Assembly: GCF_037042905.1 (NCBI RefSeq)
Contig: NC_087245.1
Location: 10,480,001 to 10,544,000 of the forward strand
Length of the DNA stretch: 64,000 bases
Reading direction: 5' to 3'
Source: Lytechinus pictus
Taxonomy: Eukaryota
Shown here: positions 53,050 to 64,000 of the stretch, piece after piece
Layout of the letters: each line of letters opens with the position of its first letter
Position numbering within the stretch: the stretch's first letter is position 1
Translations under genes and position numbers: made by a program
Notes under the pieces: model-generated
The model's database searches: none
What the model was told of the DNA's origin: nothing
What the model saw: the letters and a program-made list of their open reading frames with translations, nothing else

Positions 53050-54243
53050 ACATCACCAGGGACGATGAGCAAAAGTGATCAAATCTGAAGGTGGATGGGG
53101 TTTTTTAATCTCCAGATTAATCAGCACAATGATTAATTGAGTTAGAAATAGAATCTCTACATGTAGTACTCTTGGGCTAATCATGGACAGGCTAATGGAG
53201 ATCAACCTGATGCCACTATGCATATATTGCCCAAAGGGCCTGATTATAAGCAGTCCACCATGACCACATACACAGTGACAGCGACTTGTCTACACTCATT
53301 ATTCAATGCCTGGCATTCAAGCGCACAAACAAGTTGACATTTTTTGTCTGTGTTTAGATCAGGAATCATTGCATTCTATATTTTTAATCAACAAGCAAAT
53401 TACATTTTGAAGGAAATTATGAATCAAAAAGAAATATCAATAATGTAATATTATATGAAGAGTCCATGATGTACAAGCTTGGATCTCAATGGACCTCTAC
53501 ATTTCAATTTCCAGCTTAACATTGATAATTAACTTCAGTTTTTAATCTTTTTTTCATCCGTTGAAAAGTCAGCCAGTAACATTTCAACATGAAAAGCAAA
53601 ATACATTTTCTGAAATTCATAAACAAGATGCCAAACATGAAATATCCACAGCTAGCAATGGCGACACTGTCATTCCTAATAAAGTTTATTATTCGATAAC
53701 AATACATCAATTTCCCATGACTGAGCAGACTGATGTCAACTCATCATCATCAGTGCTCCCAGACTAATTAATTTCTCGTTACAAATATCCATAAGACCAA
53801 TTCCATGGTACACTAATGAAAAGTACAACTGGCCCTGTAACAATGGAAAGACATGCAAGGTACAGTATTTTTGTCTGCTTAGAGTAAGAGGGATATATCT
53901 CCTACACATGTAATAAAGTTAATTCCTTCTGACTCTGAGCTGAGTGATGTTTTTTGCCCTGCAGATTTTAAGTTCATGAATGTGCTCGACACAATACACA
54001 TTGCTAGAATCACAAACACATGAATCACATATCAAATCACAAACCACAGGACGTATTCAAGCAATACTTAATCATCACTGATTCTTCTTCTTTAAGAGAT
54101 GCAATGGAAGTCATAATGGGCAGTTTGACCAAGAAAGTAATATGAAAATCAAAGCTGGTCAATTTAGCATCCATGGACCAAAGAACACATGAATAAGAAG
54201 GAGGTATCATGATTACATCATATAATCATGACTAAGATCTTAA

Positions 54244-54865
54244 AGGACAAGTCCAATCCCCCCCCCCCCATACAAAAAATAAGTTGATTTGAATAAAAAG
54301 AGAAAAATTTGAAAAGCATAACACTGAAAATTTCATCAAAATCGGATACAATAAGAAAGTTATGACATTTAAAAGTATCGCTTCATTTCACAAAACAGTT
54401 ATATGCACATCCTGGTGGGTATGCAAATGAGGAGACTGATGACATCATCCACTCACTATTTCTTTTATATTTTATTATATGAAACATGAAATATTTCATT
54501 TTCTCCTCATTGTCAAGTGAAACAACAAGTAATTCCTCCCTGAACACGTGTAATTAGCATTGCTTAATACTATATGGTTCAGTAAAGTTGGTCCTTATTG
54601 TCAAATTTGTAAAAAATGAGATATTGTATAATTCAAACAATAAAAAGCAAAAGGAATAGTGAGTGATGGACATCACCGACTGACTCATTTGCATGTTACT
54701 AACTTGTGCATATCACTGTTTAGTGAAAGATAAGCAAAACTTTAAAATGCCATAACTTTCTTAGTGTACATCCAATTTCCATTTCGATGAAATTTTCAGC
54801 GTTATGCTAGTTTGATTTTTCTTTATTTATTCTAATCAACATTTTTTCTGGGGTGGACTTGACCT
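54244..54865. mobile_element. Kolobok-like non-autonomous element with TTAA TSD
   Basis: ttaa-aggacaagtcca ... tggacttgacct-ttaa with long imperfect inverted arms. Confidence 0.88.
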
Positions 54866-56312
54866 TTAATAATGTTCAAGCAATTTCAAGAGACCATTGT
54901 TCTGCAGATAAACACAACTTTTTCATATTCAATGTTTGAACTTGAGAGACATTCATTTTCGCAACTATTGAAAAATGACTTGAACAAAACTGTGCTTTTA
55001 AACTAAACTTCTTTTGAAAATGTGATTCTCGTGTTAAAAATGGTCGCTTGAAATTGAATGCAACCATTTAGCTCAAAAAAAAAAAAGGAATTTCAATTGA
55101 AACCTTGAAGGGGATCCTTTCCTCTTCAGAGCACTAAAGGGATCCAGCTGCAAAAATCAACATGTTCCAATTTCCCATTTCCATGAACATTTAATTCCCT
55201 CTCTATCTTGCGGGGGCGGCAAGATTGGGATAGGGTGTCTGGTGAAGAAACTGAAAGTGAAAGCTTAAAAACATCCATGTTGCATTATAAAATGCATAAA
55301 ATGGAGCCCTATGGACTCTCAATATGCATGAATACCAAATACAGTATAATAATTGAAACCTACAGGCTGAGAATATAAAAAAATTTGCCCCAATGCAAAT
55401 CCAAATTATGATTGCAGGGGTGCAAAGTTGAATAGAGTCGATTTTGAAAAACAACCAACTAATGTTGGTAGGAACTATTTAGATGTAGGTCATAAAGACT
55501 TTCTCTTGACATAAAACAATCAACACACAATACCTGAGCCTTTCCTTCAAACCAGTTGCATTAGAGGTAAAAGGGGGAACCCCATTTTAATCTACAGTAC
55601 ATGGGATGTCATATACAAATTGGATTCTTGTAGGCATATGTAACATGAGCTCCCACATTTACAATGACATCCAGGTTATATTTCCTAAAATTACATCAAT
55701 TGAGCTCATTGCTAGATTGCAAAGAGGAGTAGGCAAATGTTGGCATGTTCTACCATGAGGAGCCAAAATTTCTTGAGTTCTCTGTCATCATCAACTTTAT
55801 ATATTAAAACATTTGGAAAGCAATTCTATTTTACTTTATCATTGGCTCTTTGAGCATGTTTAAATGGAAAATCATAATGTATGTATATATGTTAAGGAAC
55901 CATGTGATTCCTGTAGCAAAATTACAATAATTTGTACAATTCAGCTGTCAGTCCAGAATATTTCCCCCAAAATTATATATTTATATGTATAAATATATAT
56001 ATATAAACACGTGTAACATAATCATTCCTAGTGCAAGCCTGCATCTCCATTTCACCATTCCACACTGATCTTAGATCTTGAATTAAAGTTATCTGATTTG
56101 CTTTATTTTCTTTGATATTTACCATTGTTTCAAGTTAACTGAAGTTTTGGACCTCATCTGACATTTAAAAAAATTTTAAAAATAATTATGTGTCATTACA
56201 CTTGAATTATGGCATACAATACTGGCGTGCATTACACTCATTTAACCCTTCCATCAAAACGGTTTTGGAGGGGGCTTTGTTGTTTAATATCAAGAATATG
56301 GTGGTGACCTGA

Positions 56313-56510
56313 TTTTTTTATCTGACTGCTAAGAAAGCATGAATGCTTGTAAGCAAGCAACCAGAGGACCGACGGCTTAAGGTCCCCTCCAAAGGACCTG
56401 GTACTGAGGATTAATGCCTTACCAAAGGGCACTAGCGCACCAAGTGGGAATCGAACCCGGGTCACCGGAATACGAGTCCCCCGCTCTACCGACTAAGCTA
56501 TCGCGCCTCC
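56313..56510 (-). mobile_element. Near full-length tRNA-derived SINE
   Basis: Minus strand ggaggcgcgaTAGCTTAGTCGGtagagcgggggactcgtattccggtgacccgGGTTCGATTCCcac has intact A and B boxes, then a ~120-nt non-tRNA body and an A7 tail. Confidence 0.88.
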
Positions 56511-57273
56511 TCAGAATAGGGCCTACAATTACTAACAACATGAAAATGTAATTCTTTCCTGCGCTAAATTATAGAATTTCTGTCACCCCAAAATAATTTG
56601 AAGAGAACGTATATTACTCGCATTTACAGCATGCTTGACTGAAGCTGATATGACAAGTCGATAGGGAGAATGGCTGTGTATTTTCATATACAACATAGAT
56701 CTACAGGGCATTATCCCTGAGACAATGCAAATAGAGAATATTTCAATACAATATCTAGAACCCTCAAATGAATAGGACACACGATCCCATATAATCTCAT
56801 GCATTGTATCAACATTACATTGTCTGACATTCAGCGTTCCTTGTGGGAGGAACATTCATGTTAATCAACCTTGATTAAGATCACCGTAGGGTAAGGATTG
56901 CTTTGATTGGGTGCTGTATGGACCCCATCAAAGCCAACCCCATTATCTTGGCAAGCTTGAGGGATGATAACGAGGGGGAGAGAGGGGATGGGTAGCTAGG
57001 AGGAAGAGATTTTATCAATGGTACAGCCTTGTCCATATTCAGGGCACGTTAAGGACTCTGTTTGATTAAAACCCTTCGACCAAACAGACCTTTTAGTCTT
57101 GAGAGAGAGAGAGTAAACTGGCGTGATACCTTCTTTGAGTTACATGGAAAATATTTTATCAGGTCTGTGAGTGTACTATATAAAGAGGTTTACAAAATGT
57201 AATTTTTTATTTCATTTCAATTGATTGCAACATTTTGTACATGGCTAGTTATGAGAGATTCAGCTACAGTTAT

Positions 57274-58553
57274 AGGAGAAGTTCATCCTTACAATATTAA
57301 AGTTGGGTATAATAAAAGCAGAAAAATTAGAGAAAAATGTTGGTAAAGGTTTTAGGAAATTTTCAAAGTTTATAATTTGTGACATCATATGTGAGAAGCT
57401 TCCCTATAAAACATATAATATAAATTCCATGTATTCTATTTTAATGTAATAGGATGAATACTAATATGGTCTAGAAGGGTGCGTAAAGTGATGTGTCTGA
57501 TGATATGATATATTTACAATGCAAATAAATTCACCCTCTTTTATGAGCTACTCGTCTGTGACATCACAAAACAAAACTATAAAATTTCAGTAGGGGAAGG
57601 CGGGGTAAGTTGAGCATAGGGGCAAGTTGAGCCACCACCCCCAGGCTAATAATGAATGAGTCAGACATTGTGATGGTGTTATTTATTGATGACCCATTGC
57701 ATAACCCTCAACCCCACCACATTGTTTTCAACTTTGAAACTAAAAGTACTTTTTTAGAGGGAAAAATACAAATTTCAGCCAAAAAAGTAAAAAAGGGTGT
57801 GAAATAGATAAGTGCTTTTTACCCACACACATCTTTAAATATATTATAGAATTAAGAACAATATTGTTAGTCCAGGTATGGATTCTCACTTTTGTCATAG
57901 TCTTTTCCATGATGGATGCACAAGAAATGTGTGGATGTGAAAATATCGCAAAAAGTTCGGACGGGGCTAATTTAAGCCAACCAACATGGGGCAAGTTGAG
58001 CCATGGTAACTCATATGGTATGTAATAAAAAAATAAAAAACATAAAAAGCCATTGATATGCAAGCAGAAAGGAGCAAATTCACATGACAGTTCTTTTACT
58101 TTTAGAAGATGTTAGTATTTATAGAGAATTAGCAAGTGAAATAACTTTAAATGAAAAAATGACATCCTGGTTCTCCCGCATACCTTTTGTACATAGTTTT
58201 TGTGGCTGAACTTACCCCAGACAGTGGCACAACTTACCCCACAGATGGGGCAAATTGAGCCATTTGACATCAGTTTTTTCAAAGGTCACAACGATTTTCA
58301 GTGTGGGGGTAGAAAGTTATTAATAGGTGAAAAATATTTCCAAAGAATGAAATTTAAAGGCAGGGTACTTATTTCTACAATATTACTAGTCATATCAATT
58401 CTAACATGCAAAATGCAAAAAGTGTCACAACTTACCCCGCCTTCCCCTATGCTCTTATTTTTGGGTGGGATTTTCATCAAATCTTCCATATTGTTTCTCT
58501 CATTTTTTCTGCTTTTAATAAGAATTAAATTTTTATCGGGTTGAACTTCTCCT
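57274..58553. mobile_element. Kolobok-like element (host) interrupted by a TA-targeting insertion
   Basis: aggagaagttcatcc ... ggttgaacttctcct-ttaa termini; internal inverted tgtgacatca / tgatgtgtc motifs. Confidence 0.75.
57593..58447. mobile_element. Non-autonomous Tc1/mariner-pogo-like element with TA TSD
   Basis: ta-ggggaaggcggggtaagttg ... caacttaccccgccttcccc-ta (20-bp perfect TIR); internal reiterations ggggcaagttgagcca and aacttacccc. Confidence 0.9.
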
Positions 58554-60607
58554 TTAATCACTAAAATTCTCTTGGGTATAGGTTCAAAATGAATGTGGAT
58601 GAATCACATAATGAGTTCTGTATATATGATGAGTGATCTCTGAATCTGAATCTTTTGAAGTTCATTTATCACCCCCTGACTTTAAATCACAAAGGGTGAC
58701 AACAAGATTATGAATCTTGTTGGTTCATCTTTCACTCAATTTTCAGATCTGGTTTCTCAAATTCACTACAGGGTACAAAAGCCTATCAGCAAAGATTCAG
58801 TTATGAGCTGAATTCTTACTGATAGAACCGAAACTTATCAATGTTCATCCCCAAAATTTTCCTTGATGTTTCACCTACCCTCTTGATTCCCATATAAAGA
58901 AAATATATGTACAAGTGTGGGTGTACAAGGAAAAATGTGAACATAGTATGACAGTGAATCTATATTATCATAAGGTAGTAATACAAAAAACTTCTGAAAT
59001 GTTAGGATATTTAATCAATGCACTTGTTGTACACTCCTGAGCAAACAGCAGTAATCATATTGTTAGCGAAATTACAGCAAAAATGTTCCTGGCACATTCA
59101 CGTACCTTGTGCACAATGTAATCAAATTATATTCCCTAGGAAACAATTATATATAGGGTAGGAACAATTTTTAATGGAAGGGGGGTGTTGATAGTATGAT
59201 AGAATTAACTTAATCAGTGAGGAGAACAAATTTATGAGTTTTGAAAAAGCAATTCAAATGTAATTGTCTTTGGGGAGCAAGAAAGGAAATATCTCTCTAT
59301 GCTAACGATGGAAAACCACCCTCAAGGCTCTATCTAGCTGGTAAAATAACAAACAAAACATGGGTGAGAAAAGGTTGGGAATGTGTATGAAATCAGACAT
59401 TTAGTAAAGAAAATGTCAGATATAAAGAAAAAAATATTATTGATGAAATGCATCAATAAAAGAGAGTGGAAGTGAGTGTTTAGAACAGGAGACGATGGAC
59501 AGTGTGTTTTCAACAGTTATCTTTAATGAAAAGAGAGACAATATCAATCACATGTCATGCCAAGAAATTATGAGTAAGTCAAAAATTTAAATTGGAGATA
59601 TTGGATTACAGTTGGCTAACATTTATAAATCAATTTAATGGAAAGGGGGATGAAGATAAGGCTGTGATGGTAACAGAAGCAGGGGATGGTTTGAGATTCT
59701 GGCAATGTTTATCAACATTAATCAATACTCTCCCTGAGGGTACTTGGATATATTGGACAAATAATACTCTACAGGTGCTTTTACACCCACCCATCACAAA
59801 ATACCTTGAATTTTTTAATCAGTAATTCTATTCAGATAAAAACTTACCAAACATTTGCCCAATGTGAAAGGAAGTGGGCATGATATACTTCAAAGCAGAT
59901 ATCAACAACTAATTTGAAGTACACAAGTATAATTGTCTCTATCTCATACATCATTATCTAGCTTGGGCAGGTGTGAAAGCAGAAAAAATATCATCAGGGA
60001 TATTGTGAAAGGGTATGAAAATGCCTTATCTCACTCCTTCCAAGAACAGTCCAAGTATTGTTGATACAGGAAAAGGTTACTCATTTGTTATCTATGTTAG
60101 ATGTGGACATGGTTTATACAACAGTGCTTTTACATGACAAAACAACCTTTATTACAATGATAAATAATGGGTGGGATACTGAAATAATTTAATACATAAT
60201 CATTTTAGTGCCCTGTAACAACTGATGTCAATAGAATAATGATTGATCATAAAATTTATTTCTTTCTTCATTCCATAGAATGTACATCATCACATCAAAT
60301 ATGAATTTAGTTCACAGAGTAAGGTTAGCCAATTAAAGGTGACAGAAGCTCAACCCCCACTCCATCATTTTGGAAGGATGTTCTTCATCAGTCCAAATTA
60401 GATCAATCTCAAGATTCTATCCCTTTTCAAGATAAATATTGAGGTTTTAAAAAAATCCTGAATTTTAGGACTTTCACAATAGCAAAACGTGACTATGAGC
60501 TGAAGAGCATGCCTACATGTATGTTGAAGACTCAATGTTCAAATCATGGTACGGTATCATGAAATCATTATCCTAATAAAAGAAAACAACAACGCAAGTG
60601 CTTAATC

Positions 60608-61037
60608 AGCACGCGGCACTTGCACTGGTCCGACGGTCCCAGACAGGTAGAAATTGCTGTAGGGCCAGTAACTTTTCAGAATTAGCCAGATTTACTGGTC
60701 CGACATGACCAGTAAAAATTATATCTAACTGATACAAATTATATTTTCTTCTCTTATATGGCTCTTGCACCTCACAAAAGTGACTCCATAAAACTTAGAA
60801 ATGGCTCTCATGAATTGTGTTGTGTGTGTGTACTGTTGTTTGTTTTTTATGGGGGGGGGGGGTAAAAATAACCAAAAAAAGCAGCAAAATTAATTCTTTT
60901 AGTCTTTTTATGTTTTCTTTATTTTGGGGACCAGTAAATTTTAGGTTCGGACAAGTAGAAAATGGAAAACTGGATATCTACTGGTTCGACATAAACAGGT
61001 TGGACCAGTAGAAAATAAAAGTTAGTGTGGAGCCCTG
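60608..61037. mobile_element. hAT-like MITE lacking a clear left terminus; a second right-end fragment lies at 61209-61237
   Basis: Reiterated actggtcc / ggaccagta subterminal motifs; ends gttagtgtggagccctg, repeated exactly at 61221-61237. Confidence 0.65.
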
Positions 61038-61702
61038 CCTTTATTACAATAAAAGCGAATCTGATATCTAGTCGTAATGATGTCATAGCAGTTGTATGAT
61101 TGGCTATCATTTGAAACCAATTTGGCCTTTACTCCAAAATAAAGGCTTGTTATAAAAATTGCTATATTACTATATTTGTATTTTTTTAGTCTGCTCCAAC
61201 CTGATCATGTAGAAAAAAGTGTTAGTGTGGAGCCCTGGCTATAAAATTTTTGTTAATACAAATTGTTATCTTGAGATTAATCCCATGATAAAGCCTGCTG
61301 TTTACATCTGCAGTGTGCAATGGAGAATACTCTTTAGCTTGTCAATGGTTGCAATTTGCATGCACAAAAGTCAATTAACCACTGACCTTAATCATGGTCA
61401 TTACAATGATGAATGCTATTTAATTATTCTAGTGAGAAAACCTGCAGTGTCTACAAGCATTTGTAATGATCAAGTGTAAAAGTTGAATTATTCTCTTATG
61501 GACCACCCCCCCCCCCCTTGACATACCAAGTTCTGACACCTCCAAGTGTCTGGCTCAATAACGCCACTGTAATACCCAAAATGGTTTAGTTGTTTGGTGG
61601 GATATTAATAATAAAAAGTAATTTCATACTTATCAGGTGATCAATTACATTATGAAGTATCACAATAATACCAGCAGCCTTCAAAAGATGACTGATTCTC
61701 TG

Positions 61703-62353
61703 GTGGGTGTTTCATAAAGCCGTTCGTAAGATAAGAGCGACTTTAAGAACGGCTGGTGATCCTTTCTTTAGGTAAATGGTATTTCACCATTGGTGATTAT
61801 TCAGCGCGTAAGAAAGGTTCACCAGTCGTTTTTTTAGTATACAAATAATGAATATTTATGAGTGCAAAGTACAGAATACTTCATGAGCTGAAAGATGAAA
61901 TGATCCATTCAACGAGGCGTAGCCGAGTTGAATGGATCATTATTTCATCTTTCACCAAATGAAGTATTCTGTCCATTGCACGAGTGAAAAAAAAAAATTA
62001 TTTGGTTTATATGACACCTAAAATTGATTTTTTTTTCATATGAAATGTATGAATTTTGATGCAAAACATGCTCATGCAGTGCGATTTTGGTCTGTTGATT
62101 GTTACGTCATTACAACATGCGCACTGCTGGTGCCTGTATGAGCTGCAGAGCTGCAGTCTCGGTGCACGCGTGCAATGGACGAAATTGTATGGATCCAAAA
62201 TTGCACGATGAATGGATCCAAAATTGCACGGTTGATGACGTCATTGCAAAATGGGCTGAATGAACGATATCAAACAACCAATCAAATCACAAGGATCTAT
62301 CTACGTGTCATATAATCGCTCTTAACTTCCAAACAGCTTTATGAAACGGCCCC
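61703..62353. mobile_element. Harbinger-like MITE (host) with CTG TSD, related to 11189-11358
   Basis: ctg-gtgggtgtttcataaagc ... gctttatgaaacggcccc-ctg; right arm split by an insertion. Confidence 0.8.
61838..62314. mobile_element. TIR-less insertion bounded by TATA with a long subterminal hairpin (possibly a Crypton-type non-autonomous element)
   Basis: Splits the host right arm (accagtcgtt | tcgctcttaactt); TATA at both ends; hairpin 61872-61971 around the loop gaggcgtagccga. Confidence 0.6.
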
Positions 62354-63247
62354 CTGAACTGGATGTCATACACACTGCACATAGTACAAATTACCTGCAA
62401 CATTATTTTCTATCTGCTTCACTGTATGTAGCAGTGGCAAAAGTAGGCAAGTACATGCAGTTCATTTATAATTTAGCATTTAATATTTCAGGTTTACCCA
62501 TATATAAATTGCTTGGTTCTCCCCATTATCTCTATTATCAATTTTAATAATGAACAATGGAGAGCAGCTGCCTTTTTTTCTATCTCTCCCAAGCATGTAT
62601 TCTATCATCAGTGACCTGGTATTAGGTTGATAATTTCCTTTGATATCAATATATTAAGTGATCATTTGTATGAGGGATTAATAATGCATGTATTCCTTTC
62701 GGATTGAAAACAAAATGGATTGATCATATATGGATATTGCATAAATGTATCTGACAATCTATTTTGTGCAATAAAGTAAAGTTCTTGATTCAGCTCCTTT
62801 AAGAAAAAATCTTCATAATCAGAAATGTTAAAGCTACTAGAGGATTGTAGTCTTTTCAGGGCTAAAACATATTTTGGGTGATAAAAACAGCACTTTGGCA
62901 TATCTTCACCTTTTTTTATACATGAATTCAGAATAATTAGGGGAATATTTGATGAAAACATGTTTTTTATAAAAAAAATAATGTTTTTATAATATTTGGA
63001 TAAGGTGAGGTTGGTGTCTCTGAAATAACATCTCATCATGCATCAAGTGGAAAATGACAGTGACAAAAGTTTATGACTTAAGAATAATAATCTACATCAA
63101 AATGAATTGCTTCCATCTTTTAAGAGAATGCCTTGTCTAAGATTTGGGACTGAATACTTTCCTTCTATCTGAATGGGCCTCTGTTTCTTGTGGCATCTGT
63201 CAAAGATGATATGTTAGTTTCCATTAAAAAGAAGTACTTTAACTCAC

Positions 63248-63346
63248 CATAAGCTGGAGGGTAAAGAAGAAACTAACGCACCATTTGCTCACTTCACCCA
63301 AGTCTTGGCTTTCTATTTCTTTGGTTGGATGAAAGCCAGTAAGTAA
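63248..63346 (-). other. Candidate exon ending in ATG|gtgagt: either a 6-nt microexon (63248-63253) or a 99-nt exon (63248-63346)
   Basis: Minus strand reads tttcttctttaccctccag CTTATG gtgagtt. An alternative upstream acceptor atttccag at 63347 gives 33 open codons (LLTGFHPTKEIESQDLGEVSKWCVSFFFTLQLM). Confidence 0.3.
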
Positions 63347-64000
63347 CTGGAAATCTTAATTGAAGCCGAGCCATTAGACATGACGCCTAACAAAAAATTT
63401 CAACCAAGTGTGGTGCGTATTATTGAAACAAGAGCGAATTACATCCACAGTTTAAAATGAGAAAGATTCTCTTCTTTTATTAACAGAAAAAATACCATTG
63501 CAGCGCAATAACATAATTACATACATCCGTCACAAATGCTATGTACATTGTCGTTCAGCAACTGAAAAGGCAATATGACATTATTGATTGCAAAAAGCAA
63601 TACCAAATATTCTTATAACTATAAGTCAATGAAAAAAGAAATAAAAAAACAATATTTTTCAATAATATTGACCACATTGAATTTTACTTGAGGAACAATA
63701 GCATACTAAAAGGTTTTTTTCATTCACTTGAACAAAAAATTAATTCTGACTGCCTTTCAATGTGTGGGTATAATGCTTTCAACGTGAGTCCCTTCAAGAA
63801 AACTAATAATCTGTTGATTGATATTCACTGTGAAGCATGAAATGTCATGAATGTCATTTCCAGGGTAGAAAAAAAATTATGTTAGAGAGAGTACTGAATT
63901 TTTTCCTTAATGTATATAAAATCATGGCATCCACAATATTAACAAAATTACAACAAATTAAACCCAACTGAAATGTGAAGTAGCAAATAAATGTAATCTA

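Noticed and set aside
56437..56510. tRNA gene (CGT anticodon-like loop)
   Set aside because: Acceptor and anticodon stems are imperfect and it continues into a SINE body and A tail.
59848..59958. Minus-strand candidate exon ending TTG|gtaagt
   Set aside because: Background AT content, weak acceptor and an uninformative peptide; cannot be distinguished from chance.

Overview
AT-rich eukaryotic (metazoan) genomic DNA that is almost entirely non-coding. The repeat landscape (tRNA-derived SINEs, many short TIR elements, poly-G tracts, a Tsp/HINE-like element) looks echinoid (sea-urchin-like); that assignment is an inference from style, not a database match. The window appears to lie in the large introns of a minus-strand gene that I cannot name. 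It holds one well-supported 237-nt coding exon (17278-17514), a probable 138-nt exon (8015-8152) and a candidate 6-nt or 99-nt exon ending at 63248. The rest is intron-like sequence with roughly 25 non-autonomous DNA-transposon copies, including four clean nested insertions. There are also several SINEs and simple repeats. Nearly all ORFs in the supplied track are spurious. I see no prokaryotic-type system (no CRISPR, operon, rRNA or intact transposase). The most interesting lead is speculative: an in-frame UAA in the 8 kb exon that is covered by a complementary sequence in the adjacent intron, which could indicate RNA editing, readthrough or structure-regulated splicing.
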